Assembly: GCA_050230475.1 (NCBI GenBank)
Contig: JBFLGF010000020.1
Coordinates: 1-64,000, forward strand
Direction of reading: 5' to 3'
Source: Ancylonema sp.
Taxonomy: Eukaryota
DNA: 64,000 bases
The translations under genes and the position numbers were made by a program. Positions 13,330 to 26,390 of this stretch are shown here, piece by piece (position 1 is the first letter of the stretch; the number at the start of each line of letters is the position of its first letter). The notes beneath the pieces are model-generated. The model searched no databases, was not told the origin of the DNA, and saw nothing but the letters and a program-made list of their open reading frames with translations.

Positions 13330-14370
13330 CGTCATACCGGCATTACGGGCTCTGATAGAATATTAGTGGCGGCAAGCGCAAAATATTTGCGCCGAGCTTG
13401 TTGCTAGCAACACTCAACGCTTAGTGGTGGGAGGTCTAGAAACAACACTAAGGTTAATCAGGCGTTGCAGGTTACATCACTTCACAACAGATGACAGCTA
13501 CTGATAAAAAGAACGCAAGGCCAATAGCTATAAAATTTCTACAAGGGTGCAGAATGAAGGATAGTTGGTTGCGACGAGATACGCACTCACTATTGGTTTC
13601 GAGAATCAAACGTTGTCGTGAATAAAACGATTCACTAAATCTGGAACGGATGCAGGCAATTCAAAGGGTAAATTGTCTGGCTGAGTTCGCACGAATTGTA
13701 ACGATTTCTGACGTCAGCAAAACGGCTGACAATCAACGATTTGCAAGGGTCACGATTTTGCAGGGTAACGATAATTTTGACTACGGCAAATTTTCACACG
13801 ATGCGTATGCAAAAAGGCACACGGCTTTTGTATTACTTGAGATGCGACAGCACGTACAAGCAAACATGCAATTTCTCAGAACTTACGGCTGGATGGAGCG
13901 ACGCGAAGTTTGCAGAAATTCACAAGGAATATCAAAGGCGAAACGGCACACTTGATAAAGATTGTTGACGATTGCAGAATACACGAATTCACAGAGATTA
14001 CAAAGGATTGCGATTGCAAAGAGTTATTGAAATTCAGACAGCGTAAACTGACAGCGGAAGCTGGCAGTTGAGAAAGCGACTTAGGCTTTGGTACAATTGA
14101 CGCGCCGTTTCACACGCGCGCTAGATCTTATCTTGATCTATGGTTGAAGATGAATATCGACTAGACAGCTAATCGTGACTGTCTATTCTAGAGTTCTAGA
14201 TTTAACACGTGCGGCGGTTCTAACGCCAGGCTGGCTGACTGAGATAAAGCTCGGCGCGCACTAGGAATCTACTAACTCGTCGATACGACAAAATACTCCG
14301 AATTAAAATATAAAAAGTGGTACACCTGCTTTTCTAGATTGAGTGAGTAATTTTTTTTTATCAAGTCGAA
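13330..14370 (-). mobile_element. Decayed solo LTR-like repeat homologous to the split LTR at 48060-48244 plus 60113-60880
   Basis: The reverse complement shares collinear blocks CGACTTGA, AGCCAGCCTG.CGTTA, GTCAATTGTAC and TGCCAGCTTCCGCT.TCAG.TT.CGCTGT. Boundaries approximate. Confidence 0.6.
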
Positions 14371-15120
14371 CGTCTGACTGATCGAAACTCATATAACGAC
14401 AGAGTTCGATATAACGACTAAAAATCGACAATTACCAAAATTGCTATTTTTCAAGCGGATCAACCATTTAAAAGACTTTACTTTCTAACGATCTCTAGCG
14501 GCATGACAAATCCCTTGCCTTGCTGTTGGTTGTTGGTTCACGAAGCATTCAATTTGTGCAACGAGGAACACCTCCAGGTACCACCCAAATATATCTCGTG
14601 TTTACCAGATAGAGTGTAACCTGTCTTCATTAATACAATAATAGGCCGGAAAAACGTGCCCCTAAAAATGTAGAAATAATATTTAGGTCTAAGAATATAA
14701 TCTCATATTTTGAGGCCCTAATATTATAATTATAGGGCCCAATTATTATTTTGATAAGCTTTATAAAACACAGTGGGGAAAAAATGTGGATGTGGAGTTA
14801 TTCTAGAAGGATCGGAACCGTATTGACATTTGACATACAGAAGACAGTAGTTGTCTGACAGGACGAGGTTTTATTGAAGGAGGTAGGTCATCTCTACGGT
14901 GTTTGTTCTAATATCCACACGCTGTAATAAAACCTCTCCAAAATAATAATGCTACGACCGGTATAATCATTGATGTAGATAGGTTATCAATTTACACGAT
15001 TTTGGGTGTAAACTTGAACCCGGGCAGAAGGTTTTCTATCAGATTTGGTAGGTAATTAATTTGCACATCGTTTATTTAGATAGGTTTCACTCTAAAATGA
15101 CATCTCAATAGTACGAAATG

Positions 15121-15268
15121 GGGAAATTTTGTCACTATAACGTGTGTCACTACAACGAATTGTCACTAAATAGAGTGGGTTTTTATACAAGATTAGGATG
15201 TGGGCAAAAAAAAGTCACTATATGGTGATTGTCAGTATATCGAGTGTCACTATATCAAGGGTTCAGTG
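15121..15268 (-). mobile_element. One-ended fragment of the 1862-2416 MITE family
   Basis: The reverse complement aligns with 1862-2007 (CTTGATATAGTGACAC ... GTGACACACGTTATAGTGAC). Confidence 0.8.
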
Positions 15269-15793
15269 GATCAAAGTACCGATCTCGGCCTTCCGTCATT
15301 TCCGGGCTGCAGGCCGGCTAGTTCTCCGATAAACGCGTGCCAATATACCGAATACACGGAAACCCCGATATGAGAAACTTTAATGTGAGAAACTCCTTGT
15401 TAAAAGAAACCATTTTCTCAACATTATCTTAAACCATGTAAAACTCCCCTCATATGAGCTTAAGGAACTTCGATAAAATAAACAAAAAGTTTCGAAAATT
15501 ATTATTATACGTAGTAAAACCCCTCAAAAATATTATTTCCATAGTAAATATCCTTTGATTATCAAAACTTTGTTAACAAATTTATCCACATAATTTATCG
15601 CAAGCGCTTGTGATTAATTACTTAAGCGTGCAACGTGAGTGCGAAATTTATCACGAAACTTCTAAATATTCACCACATGTAAAACAAATATTATCGCACG
15701 CCAAGAATTTGACGCAATGGATCCACGTGTCCAACCCTCGTTATGAGAAACATCTTTGCGAGGTCTCCCTAATGAAGTTCCTTGTACATATTA

Positions 15794-16670
15794 CAGTAAA
15801 ACCTGTCTAAAGGAATACTCTCGGGATTCACTTAGACAGTTTCGGCTTTAAATGTTTTAAAACCCGTTCCTATGTGCCTACGACGTGAAACATGCCAGTA
15901 TCGAAGTCAGAATCGGTCAAAACGTGTTTTGCAGCTTCCATTTGGGTTGCACGACAATATTTTGTCGTGTAGCCAGTTCCAACAACCTGGGAGATGCTAG
16001 AGACCCACGAACATACCGTACTGGGCACCGTAAATGATTTCTGTTTTTTCAAAACGAATTAATTTGTTAATGATTATTCCGGGAATCCGGTAGTTGTTAT
16101 TGATGATTTTTGGCAATGATTTCTTGAAGCCTACATACAAAATTCAAAACAAATCTAAAAGTGGTATAAATATCAATGATTTTTGGTTGATGATTCGGAC
16201 CTCATAGGTATTAATATAAATGATTACTTTCGGGTTTCAATAATTCATTAAAAATCATTTACGGTGCCCAGTACGGTATCAGGAGAGAATTTTCTGGCGT
16301 TGAATTCGACGTGGCGGGCACTCGTACTACCCCCCCAGAATGTTTCCCGGTCGCAATTTTGTCGTGTAGCGACTGCAATTGCAACTTCCAACAATCAAGG
16401 AGACGCATATAACTGTACGGTCATGTACAAACCTGTATAAATCTGTGCGGATTTGTACGAATCTGGACGGATACCTTGCATTATTCCTCTACACGTTCGC
16501 GGGCCGGGGAAAAACTTCCCTTTAGAGAAAAAAAAAAAAAAAGTAAAAAAAAGTTAGAGAGTTATGCAGGTGTTGAAATAATTACACTCGCCCAACGTCA
16601 GGACCGGGATTTTTTCTTCCATTAGAAAGGTTATTCATTTAGACAGTATTCCGTTAGACAGGTTGTACTG
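15794..16670. mobile_element. pogo/Tigger-like MITE
   Basis: TA|CAGTAAAACCTGTCTAAAGGAATAC ... GTATTCCGTTAGACAGGTTGTACTG. The internal sequence is homologous to 21089-21637. Confidence 0.8.
16016..16276. mobile_element. 261-bp Tc1/mariner MITE nested in the 15794 element
   Basis: Perfect 25-bp TIR CCGTACTGGGCACCGTAAATGATTT with TA on both sides; absent from the sister copy at 21089. Confidence 0.9.
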
Positions 16671-17164
16671 TCTAAGAAATATACGCTATAATACACTTTT
16701 TTCCCCAACATTTTTGGGATTCTTAGATCGGGGTTTAAGTGTGTCTCCATTCCGGTGTATTTTCCAGTTTCTGTTTGTGCTTATATCGAGAGTAGATTGT
16801 AATATGCAATCTGCTGACGTACGCGTGCGCTCACCAGACAACTTGCTGCCGCACGCGCGAGTACCCGCCTTGCTAAATGCGACCTCCCGCCATGGCCCCT
16901 CTCGTCGGCTGTTCCGGAGGCCTCCAGGCATGCCTCCGTCGAAAATGCCAATATTTTCTTGACCTTCGTCTCGGTTGTTGTGCGAGACCTACGAAGAAAA
17001 TTCGAGCATAGTGCTACGCCTCTTGAAGTCAGATATGTTCTGGTCTGGGGTGCCCTTTAAGATTCACGACTGGCTATCTTATCTCAATTGAATTTTGGAA
17101 GGCATGTCCTCTTGAGCCTTGACGTTTTGCACCACAACTATAGTACCTACTGTATTAGCCGACA

Positions 17165-20100
17165 ATGGTTTCCGGAGCTAGAATGTGGTCGATCCCATGT
17201 GTGAGTTCCCGAAGCGACTGCACGACTCGTGCTCTGTCCCCAGGGCCTATTTCTTGGCATACTGGAGTGCCCCCCAAGTCTACCTCCTGTCGGGCACGTG
17301 TCGATGGTACACGCGCTCGCCTTTGCTGGGAGCACGCGCAGTCTTCGATTGGCCCACAATGTCGTAATGCACGATCAAAAGGTCCTCTCGGGCAGTCGGA
17401 ATCCCGAGAATCTCGGACACGTGTCGCCGCGCTGAGACTAAATCAGGGAGGAGATGCTTGTGATCTGGAGGCATGGGAGCAGCCGCCCAGGAGCTGGGAG
17501 CACTATCCTGTAGGTGAGTGACAGCTGCAGGAGGGCGCCAGGTGACATTTACCCCACCACACGTGCCGACGGGAAGTTGTCTATTTCATAATGTTACTCC
17601 CACATTAAGTTACCGAATCGGCCACCTCGAATTCCTCATAGCAATTAGTTTATGGTCCCCCCACCCTTCCCCCAACCTGGAAATGATAACTTCAGCTGCC
17701 CCGACCCCTCTTTCCGTTTCGGCAATAGTTTTCGAATTTTTTCTTTTCCTTCAAGAACCCCGAAAAATACCTCAATCTTGAATTCCGATAGTGACTCAAC
17801 CACCCAACCGCGACACCAACCGCGACACGGAAATCATCATCCCCCCCCCCCTCACACCCAGCCCCAAACATTGATAAACCCTCACCCCCCCCCTCTGAAT
17901 CAATAAAGCATGATAAAGTACAACGGCACGTCCCGTCCCACCCACACCCCGCATTCGTATTGCCACGTGTCCCATCACCTGCCACGTGTCCGTGTCCAGG
18001 CAGGATTCTCCAGGGCATACTTTCCCTGGTGGCGGCCGAACGTGCCCTGGCAATGATTTTGGAAGTGGTGGGGGGGCCTTTCCCCTCGCCTGTCCTGGTG
18101 CTAGCCGCTATAGCGGGGGCGATGGCGATGGATACTCCCACCTCCAGGCAATGTGAGTATCGGTGCATTCGGCGTATCGGATTCGAAGTATCGGATTGGG
18201 CGTGTCGGATTCGTTTTATCGGATACGTCGTATCGGAAATGTTGTACCGGAATTACACCGGATTTATTGTACAAGAGTTGTTGTATCGAGTTGGATTCGT
18301 TGTGTCGGATTCGTTGTACCGGATTCGTTATACCGGATTCGTGATACCGGATTTCGGTATATCGGGTTTTTTTCACCGGATTCGTTGTACCGGATTCGTT
18401 ACATCGGATTCGTTATATCGGATTCGTTTTATCTTATTCGGTGTGTAGTGGGAGAGGGAAGGCGCTCCCCAGAACTTTGCCAAGTCCGGGGATCTATCAA
18501 GTCTGGGGAATTGGTTCTGGTGTCTCTTTCTAAATAGTATGGGGGAATGAAATTCATTTTGAGTATGATTTAGCAAGAATTGATTCCGTGCCTGTAGGGA
18601 GATGGGTGACTGTACCGTGCGCATTGTTTCCTTTATCTCCTCCCCTTTTGCAGTGTATCGATTTCATGAGCCTGCAGTGGCGTTTTTTGACGCGTGGCTT
18701 CCCATGTTCTTTGTGCCGTCCGTGGTAAAAGTCAAACCTGAACCCGAACCCGAACCCGAACCCGACCCTGAACCTGAACCCGACCTTGGACTTGAACCTG
18801 AACCTGAACCCGAACCCGAACCTGAACCTGAACTTGAACCTGAATCTGAACCTGACCCTGAACCTGACCCCTGGTGAAGTTTTGATGGTTGGTAGGCCGC
18901 CATTGCTCTTGCCCCGGCCTTGGGGGGGGGGGCCTGTTGAAGGCAGCCATCGTTCTGGGTTAGTATCTCGCCACCTGGCAACAAACAAATGCCACCTGGC
19001 AGACAGATGGGTACAAAAAAATGTCACCTTGCAGGAAAAGGCCAACCGGCAAAACAATGCCACCCGGCAAAAAAACTGCCACCTGGCCGAAAAATTGCCA
19101 CCTGGCATACATGTGCCACTGGCACCTGGTAGATATCCCCTCCCCCCTCCCGTCCCTCCAGGTGGCACCTACCCTTCATCCTGTGGCTGTCCGCAGTCCT
19201 CTGCAGTCTGGTTAACCGGTTCAGGCCTGGGGGCGTATCGGATTCGGATACGGAATCGGATCCGTTGACCAACGAGGCGCGAAGCTGCGTCGCATCCGAT
19301 CCGCAGCCGGGGCGTGGGGGCAGGCCGCGCTGGAGAGGGGGGCGGGGTGGTTGGGGGAGGTTGGGGCCAAGACCAACGATAAGGAAATGAAGAAGGTACG
19401 CCTTACTGTCCCCCCCCCCAGTATCCCCAGCGTCTGTGGAGGTTCTGAGGGGGGGGGTATTGGGTTCCTGATCCCCTCCCCCTCCCCCCCCCCCCTGGTT
19501 GGCTGGAAAAGGCTGCCAAGGAAGCTGCCCGGAAGTTGCAGGAGTTGGCGGGGAATATCCCCGGCCGCGTCTCCCTCCCCCCCCCCCCCCCCTTTTTGTC
19601 TTCTGCCGCCCTCGCCCTGGGGGCTGGGCTGCTGCTGCCGGTCACGCTAGCAGAGTGGACCAGAAATAATGCGGTCTTGGTAGGGGGGGGGGGGGGAGTG
19701 GGGCTCGGGTGGGGGAGGGGATTCGTGCGGGTTGGTTGGGATGCTTTATGGGTTTTTGGTTCTTAGTAATTTTGGGTAAGGGTAATGGGTAGGGGTATGA
19801 TGGGTATGGGTATGGGGTTAGGGTTTTGGGAAGTTATTGGGGGTGTTTCTTGGGTTTCTGGGGTATTTCTAGGGTTTTCTGGGGCAGGTTCAGGGATAAT
19901 TTGTCGGGGTATTTTTAGGGGTATGGGAAAGTATTTTGAGGTTATTTTGAGGATTCCCAGGGGTCTCCAGATTTTTATAGAGGTTTTCACGCATCCTGTT
20001 AGGGTTTTATGGGGGGTGCTTGTAGAAGATATTTTCGTCGAGGTCCCCAAACCCTTAAAACCCAAGAAACGCGCAATTCTGGTTCAGGAATCTGGTTTCC

Positions 20101-23100
20101 ATTTCCTTTCGGACCCAAACCTGTGTGTACAGGCAAAAAAAAACAAAAAAAAAAAAACAAACACTGTTTACTTGTGAGCTTATGGCAAAGTGACAGCTGG
20201 CAGTTGTGGTCCACGTGGCACTCACTCACACAGGGTTGACCGGGTGTGCCCTTTTCCAGATGACACCTGGATTCCTCATATTTACAATCGGCCTCTTTAC
20301 TGCGGCCAAAAAGTGAGTGCTGCCCCATCCCACCCCCCCCTGGCAAGGACACCCCCCCCCCCCTGGCAAGCATTTCTGCCAAGACCTCCATGATTTTCTT
20401 TTGCCTATTATCTTTGGCTTTTGCCCATAATTGTTGCCGTATATTATTGCCATGTGTTACTGCCATCTGTTGTCGCCATTTACTATTGCCATTTATTTTT
20501 GCCATGTATTGATTATTCGCCATGTATCATTGCCATTCATTTCTGCCATTCAACACCCTAACTCAACATGGTCCCCCCCCCCCCCCCCCAGACTCCCCCC
20601 CAAAATCCGTCAGTTTCTGAGCCCCACCCTCTCCAGCGGGGCGGTTATCGTTTTGATAACCGCAATCTACGGTTCCCTAACGTTGGGATCCTGGAAGGGG
20701 GGAGTGCAGCTGTACAAGAGCGGAACGGGTGCGTTGACTTTTACCGAACCCGGGGGAGCCGGGGTTGACTTTCCGTTGACTCGCGTTGACTTTTTTCGAA
20801 CCCGGGGGAGCCGGAGGTTGACTTTCCGTTGACGCGTGTTGACTTTGTCGGTTTCGGGACGGGGGCGGGGCCGTGGGTGGGGGTGCAGGGGCCTTTCTGG
20901 GGCTTCTCATTGGTCCAGCTGTCGCATCCCTGGGGTTTAAGGTGAATGTTCACTGGTCAGGGTTCAGAGTTTAGGATTTAAGGCATAATCGTGAGGGTTA
21001 CAGAAATCTCGATATGAGAAACTTGGAATAACTCGGAAGATTGTGGTTTGCATATCGAAAAAACTTAGAGAATACACAAATACATATACAGTATAAAAAT
21101 ATTCCTTTAGACAGGTTATGCAGTTAGACAGTTTTGGTTCTAAATGTTGTGAAACCCCTTCCTATGTTCCTACGTCGGGAAACAAGCCAATATCCACCTC
21201 AGAATCCGTCCAAACGTGTTTTTCCGGTTCACACAGGCAATATTTTGTCGTGTAGCGTGTCTCAAGTAGCTTCCCATAATCTGGGAGATATTAGGTGCCG
21301 AATTTATCATTTCCAACAATGTACGTGCACGTGGAAGGCACTGATACCACCCAGCAAATATTGCCCGGGCCCTATTTTGTCCTCTTGCGTGTTTTCTCGT
21401 AACGTCCCACAACCTGGGAGATACGAATACAGTACGGATGAACACGAATCTGTCAGAAACTGTACGGTTTCTGTACTTAATTCCTTTACACGTATCACGG
21501 GGGGCTAGAAAAGTATTCCTTTAGACAGTTATGCAGGTTTTGGAATAATTACACTCCCCCAACGTCAGGGGGAATATTTTCTATTCCTTTAGACAGGTTA
21601 TTCCTTTAGACAGTAGTCCTTTAGACAGGTTATACTGTATGTTTATATGTGAATTTAAACATATAGCATATATGCTATAAAAAAATAAACTGGCATAATT
21701 GTATATTTATATGTTGATTTATATGTTCATCATGTTCTGCTGTATCCGTATTCGGGTTTCGGGTTTCGGATTCTGGGTTTTTGGGTTTTGGGTATTGGGT
21801 TTTGGGTTCAGGTTCACACCCAGCGAGAGCTTCTCCACAAATCCATTTGGCAACTCACGGTCGTGTGCCTCCTGGCAGTGCCGCTGTGAGAAAAAAAGAA
21901 ACCCACCCCCTAACCAGGGCCTAACCAGGGTCTAACCAGGGCCTAATCAGGGTTTAATGTTTGTAAACCGTGCCTGGTTTTGAAGGGCCTGTCTGAGTCA
22001 TGGGTTGGATGGATGGGGTGTTGGCAGTGGGCTGACAGCGACAGCTGTCATTGGGAGAGCGCTGGGCGCGCCGGCTATTGTCACGCTGTCACTTTTGCCG
22101 GCTACGGTGGGGGGCTTCTGCCTATCGCCGATTTTTGCGTTTTTTTCGCTTTTCTGAACTTTCCATTTTTTAGATTTAATTTTTACCGTTTTTTTTGCTG
22201 CTTTCTGTCGATTTCTTGTTTTTTTTCCTTGCCTTCAGAATTGTTCCGTTTTTTTTTCTTACTGCCGGTTTTTAGTGTTCTCTGGTAGGGGAAGAAAATC
22301 CCAAAATCCCAAAAAATATATAGGACAACCCCAGAAAAACCTAGTAAATCTCCAAGAATTTCCTTTTGTGCATCATATTCAGTGCCCCTACCAATTTCGA
22401 TACAGCGCTCATGAAATGTGGTCATGAGACACAGGGATCGATTTCTGCAACCCCTCGTGTGTGTGGGGCGGGGGGGAGGGGGGGCGGGGGGGAGAGAACT
22501 CTAATGTGACTTTGCAGTCGGTGGTTTCAGAACTTATTTTGTGGGTTTGGGGTTTGTTGGAATTCTGGTTTTCGTCTGCTTTCGGGTGGCTTTTCTAATT
22601 CCCCTCTCCTAATACACCATGTGTGTTCAAACTTTTTTAATTTTTCAATTTTTATTTTTTTTATCAATTTTATATCAGTGTGCCCCATTGTGTGTGCCTG
22701 TTCCCCCTCCCCCCCTCCCCCCCTTATCTTCCTAACTCATTTATACGTTCAAACTTTTTTGTAACCCCCCCCCCCCCCCCCCAGACCACTTTGGGTCTTG
22801 CTCGAGAAATGGGTCCTCATCTCGGCTCCAACCGCGGCCTCCTAGTGGCGGGAGTGACGATAGCAGGGACAGCTGGCATTAGCACTGCGAGACAGCTCAT
22901 GGAAAAATGGAAGGTGGGAGATGGGAGTTGGGCGTTGGGGGTTGGGGGATGGGGGCTGGAAGGGAAGTAAATGCTTTGAGCAGAACCCAACCCTAAATTA
23001 TACCTGTGGGGAGTATTTGTGTACTTGAGTGTGTACGAGAAGCTCGTTTTTTTTTCCATTTTTGTTTGTATTATTTGTAGATGATTGTGTAAATTTTACG

Positions 23101-24960
23101 AGTGGCTGTATTTACATGTATCAGTGGTTGAGTCTGAGTGAGCGCACTGTGCAAAAGTCAGGCTGTTTATTACGATCTATTCTTATCTATTATCATCTGT
23201 TATGATCTATTATCATATGTCCATTATAATCTACAACATTCTCGATTCCCTCCCCTCGTTTCCCATGTGTTGTGTGCAGGTGGTGGGTCCCACGTCTCGA
23301 GGATTATCCGTCGGAAACTCGTCGCACACATTAGGGGCATCCGCATTTGTGAGTTTTTTTTGTTTTTTTTTGTTTTTTTGTTTTTTTGTTTTTTTGTTTT
23401 TTTGTTTTTTTTGTTTTTCTCCTGAGGGACTCACAAGAAACTAGAAATATTTGTACACTTTCATATACGTACTTGTATGTACATGTATACACAGCTATAT
23501 GTATCTGTACACATATCTTTTTACATATGTGTATGCACATAAACTCACAAATGTGTATGAAACCTCAAAGTGTGAACTCTAGGTTTTTAAATTATCTTTC
23601 AAGAACTTTTTTTCTTCCCCATTGAGTGGGCCCTCTTTTTGGTTCAAAGTGCAAAAAAGTGTGGGGATGGTAGTACTGTTTAGAGACAATTCAAAAATGA
23701 TCTCGGTAGGGGCATCGTTGCAAGTGAGGAGAGTTTTTGTTTAAATAAAAGGAAAAAAAAGGTACGCATGTAATTTTAAAAAATGGGCCTTAGATTCCCT
23801 CACAACTCCCCCCCCCCCCTCATATCATGAACGTGCCCCAGTCCAACTTTATGTACGAGTGACCTTGTTTAGATGATTCATACACCATGCATGAATCACT
23901 TAACATCACTTAACATCACTTAACATCACTTAGAGATGGTGATTGGGTCGAGGAACAAATCCAAATTTCCACTCTGTCATGAAGTATCAAATGCATGAAG
24001 TACGACGACCCCTATCCTAATCAATACTGTGCTAATTAATAACCTGTCTCAACTAATAGAACATTTACCGCCCGATTTCGGGTTATCACCCAGAATCTGA
24101 CGTGTCGATTGATAACCTGTCTTTATAAAAAAAAACCGCGGTCCCATTTGTATTAATTAAGACTGGTTTTACTGTACGGTGTACAATGTAAAATGCATAG
24201 TCTAATACTTGAAATAGCATAAAATATGTAATCAAGTCTAGGAAGGAAGGAAAGCGAGAAAACGTCTTAGAAGGACAAGGAATGGTTTTGGTTAACTATT
24301 TTGCCGATTTCGGGGTTGGGGTTGGGGTTGGGGGTTGGAATCCGGTTGGCTTACAGGCCATGGAAGAACCTCAAACGGCAGCAGGTGGGTCGGGGTTTAA
24401 GGTGCAGGGGTCATAAAGTATTCAGAAAACGGGACCTTGGGGTTCCTTTTGAGGAGGGATTCATGTGCAACCAAGTAGTGGCGGGGTTGGGAAGTTGGAA
24501 CACTCAAATGTCGACCTAAGAAACTTCGTTAAAAGAAATTGCTCGCTATGAGTTTTTTTTCCCTTGCGTTCTGACACTTACAATTATGTGATTTATATAA
24601 GAAACATACGTTGTAAGGAACCATTTGAATGGATTTGTAAGGTTTCTAATATCAGGGTTTTGGTGTAGTGGGTGGGGGGAGGCAAGGGGTTGGGATGTGG
24701 TGGGGAAGCAAAGGGTGCGCTACTCAATTTTACAAGTGAAGTGAAATAGATTTATAATGATAGACCATTCGTGCTTGGCCCTTGAGAGGCAATATTTGAC
24801 CTTCGACCGTTGACCGATGACCAAAGAAGGTTGACTTGACCGTGGCACGTGATTGGTTGCAGTGGCGGGACTCGCTCTTGCGTTGAAAGGGACGATAAGT
24901 GTCATTGCAATTTTGATACCTTCATTTCGAGCGTTTCTCATAGGGATAGCGAGCGGGTAG
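17165..24960 (+). CDS. PLGG1-like / LrgA-LrgB fusion plastid membrane transporter (glycolate/glycerate translocator family), 14 exons
   Basis: Exons 17165-17513, 18000-18152, 18654-18724, 18896-18958, 19162-19679, 20197-20312, 20592-20728, 20889-20941, 21812-21885, 22028-22106, 22785-22913, 23280-23348, 24357-24384, 24863-24960, all GT-AG. Phases are consistent except for indels in G/C homopolymers of exons 4-5. Peptides [87 protein letters not shown] and [20 protein letters not shown] are collinear with plant PLGG1 as recalled. Exon 1 is transit-peptide-like. Confidence 0.85.
18158..18440. repeat. Intronic minisatellite, (T/C)CGGATTCGTTGTA-like units
   Basis: Many degenerate CGGATTCG repeats fill intron 2 of the PLGG1-like gene. 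Confidence 0.85.
18736..18871. repeat. Intronic hexamer repeat (GAACCT/GAACCC)n
   Basis: About 22 hexamer units in intron 3. Confidence 0.9.
21089..21637. mobile_element. pogo/Tigger-like MITE in intron 8 of the PLGG1-like gene
   Basis: TA|CAGTATAA ... TTAGACAGGTTATACTG|TA; homologous to 15794-16670. Confidence 0.8.
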
Positions 24961-25899
24961 TGCTTTGTTGGCGAGTAGTGTAGTGAAATTTGTTTATTGA
25001 TTCATTAGAGAGGTTGGCACTTGATGCCTCGATGTGCGAAATTATTTTCATTCCTTTTTTTGCAGCCAGCACACGTAGCTAAAAGAAGAAGTTATTGATT
25101 CGAAGAGGTTCTATTCTCTTCAACATATGAGGACAAGAGAACTGCACCATGACAAGTCATTCCAAATGTCGCAACTTGTGAGAGGAATGTCAGGCCAAGG
25201 GAACAAGTTGTATGGTTCGAAACTTGAATAAACGTAGATGGTGGTTTTAATAACTATCAACAACCATGCATTCACTCGCCAAAGGGTCCATTGCAAGTTG
25301 TTCCTTGAGCGGACTCAATACACCGATTATAAATCATCACTATCTCATATATCACATGGTATTTGCACATATGTACGTACCCCCGTCAAGAACATATACA
25401 ACACATAATCGAACTCTAGACTTTGACTTTACCCTACCATGATTCAAACTTCAATTTTTATCGAGTATTTCCCAAGGGTCCAATGCGTTTGTCGTATATT
25501 GACATGCATTGTATAGTTTCGTACAATTTCATCAATACACACCACGACCAGCCGCAACCCTTGTATGCTAACAAGGCTAACGTTGGCCCTCCACCCAATC
25601 GAACCAAATCGGTAAATAAGTATGAAACTCAACCAAAAACCATTCAAGCGCCACTTGACCCTTTCGAAGCGTTGACGAAACAAACACAATAGTCATGCCC
25701 GACCTGACGGCTCTACTACTCCCCACACGCTAATAGAACCCAACTTTCAACCATCCAACTTTTTGCTGTATACACCGACCACTCTTTACTCTACTGTGGA
25801 TCCGGACGCCTTCGAGGACGCAATTTCCTATCTGAATATTCCTTGTAATCAATCGATTCATTGTGAGTTACTGATTACTAACGACCGAGGCGATTGAAT

Positions 25900-26390
25900 T
25901 GGAGCATCCGCACGCACATCCACATTTTCTAGCAAGTAGATGACCGGCCTACCTCCCTGTTCATTCTAGCATCAGTTGATCCAACGGACCAACTCCATAA
26001 ACGAACCAAAACGACTATCATCTTTCCCCCTGCCTGGTCCCGCTGCACTGAATGGCTGACATGGAAAACTAGCAACTATGAGGTCAATAGGGCCATACCT
26101 GGCAGCCACATTGGTCATCTGAGTGTTGGAGATGAGGCCGATGTCTTGGGACAGACGCGTGTCGAAACCCTGGATTGTTGTTGCAGACAGGAGATGCGGG
26201 AATTGCAGCTTCTTCTTCGCCACGTACTAACGAGCTGCTAGATGCACCTTAGGGTTGATGTCTACGACTGTCATAGTCTTGACCTTCAAGTTGGCCTTCA
26301 GGGCTACAATCAGCAGAGAACAGCCCACTCCGCAGAAGAAGTCGACCACATGTACTCCCTCGGTGAGCTGTTGTGTGGTGAGGCGACGGA
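25900..26390 (-). pseudogene. C5 cytosine DNA methyltransferase catalytic-domain remnant (motifs I-VI), retrotransposon-borne
   Basis: One frame reads RRLTTQQLTEGVHVVDFFCGVG...VVDINP..AAR*YVAKKKLQFP...QDI...GPIDLIVASFPCQPFSAAGPGRGKDDSRFGSFMELVRWIN*C*NEQGGRPVIYLLENV. Motif I at 26323-26340, catalytic PCQ at 26056-26064, ENV at 25921-25929. Three in-frame stops, no introns. Confidence 0.9.

Noticed and set aside
18158..19130. Regularly repeated motifs resembling a CRISPR array, or PE/GS-rich protein ORFs
   Set aside because: No constant repeat with unique spacers, no cas genes, eukaryotic context; these are intronic minisatellites.
21910..21956. Telomere-like CCTAACC repeats
   Set aside because: The unit is the 10-mer CTAACCAGGG, not TTTAGGG/TTAGGG, and it lies within an intron.
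25691..25895. Possible 3' LTR remnant of the DNMT element
   Set aside because: No second copy in the window and the terminus is not canonical, so it cannot be supported.
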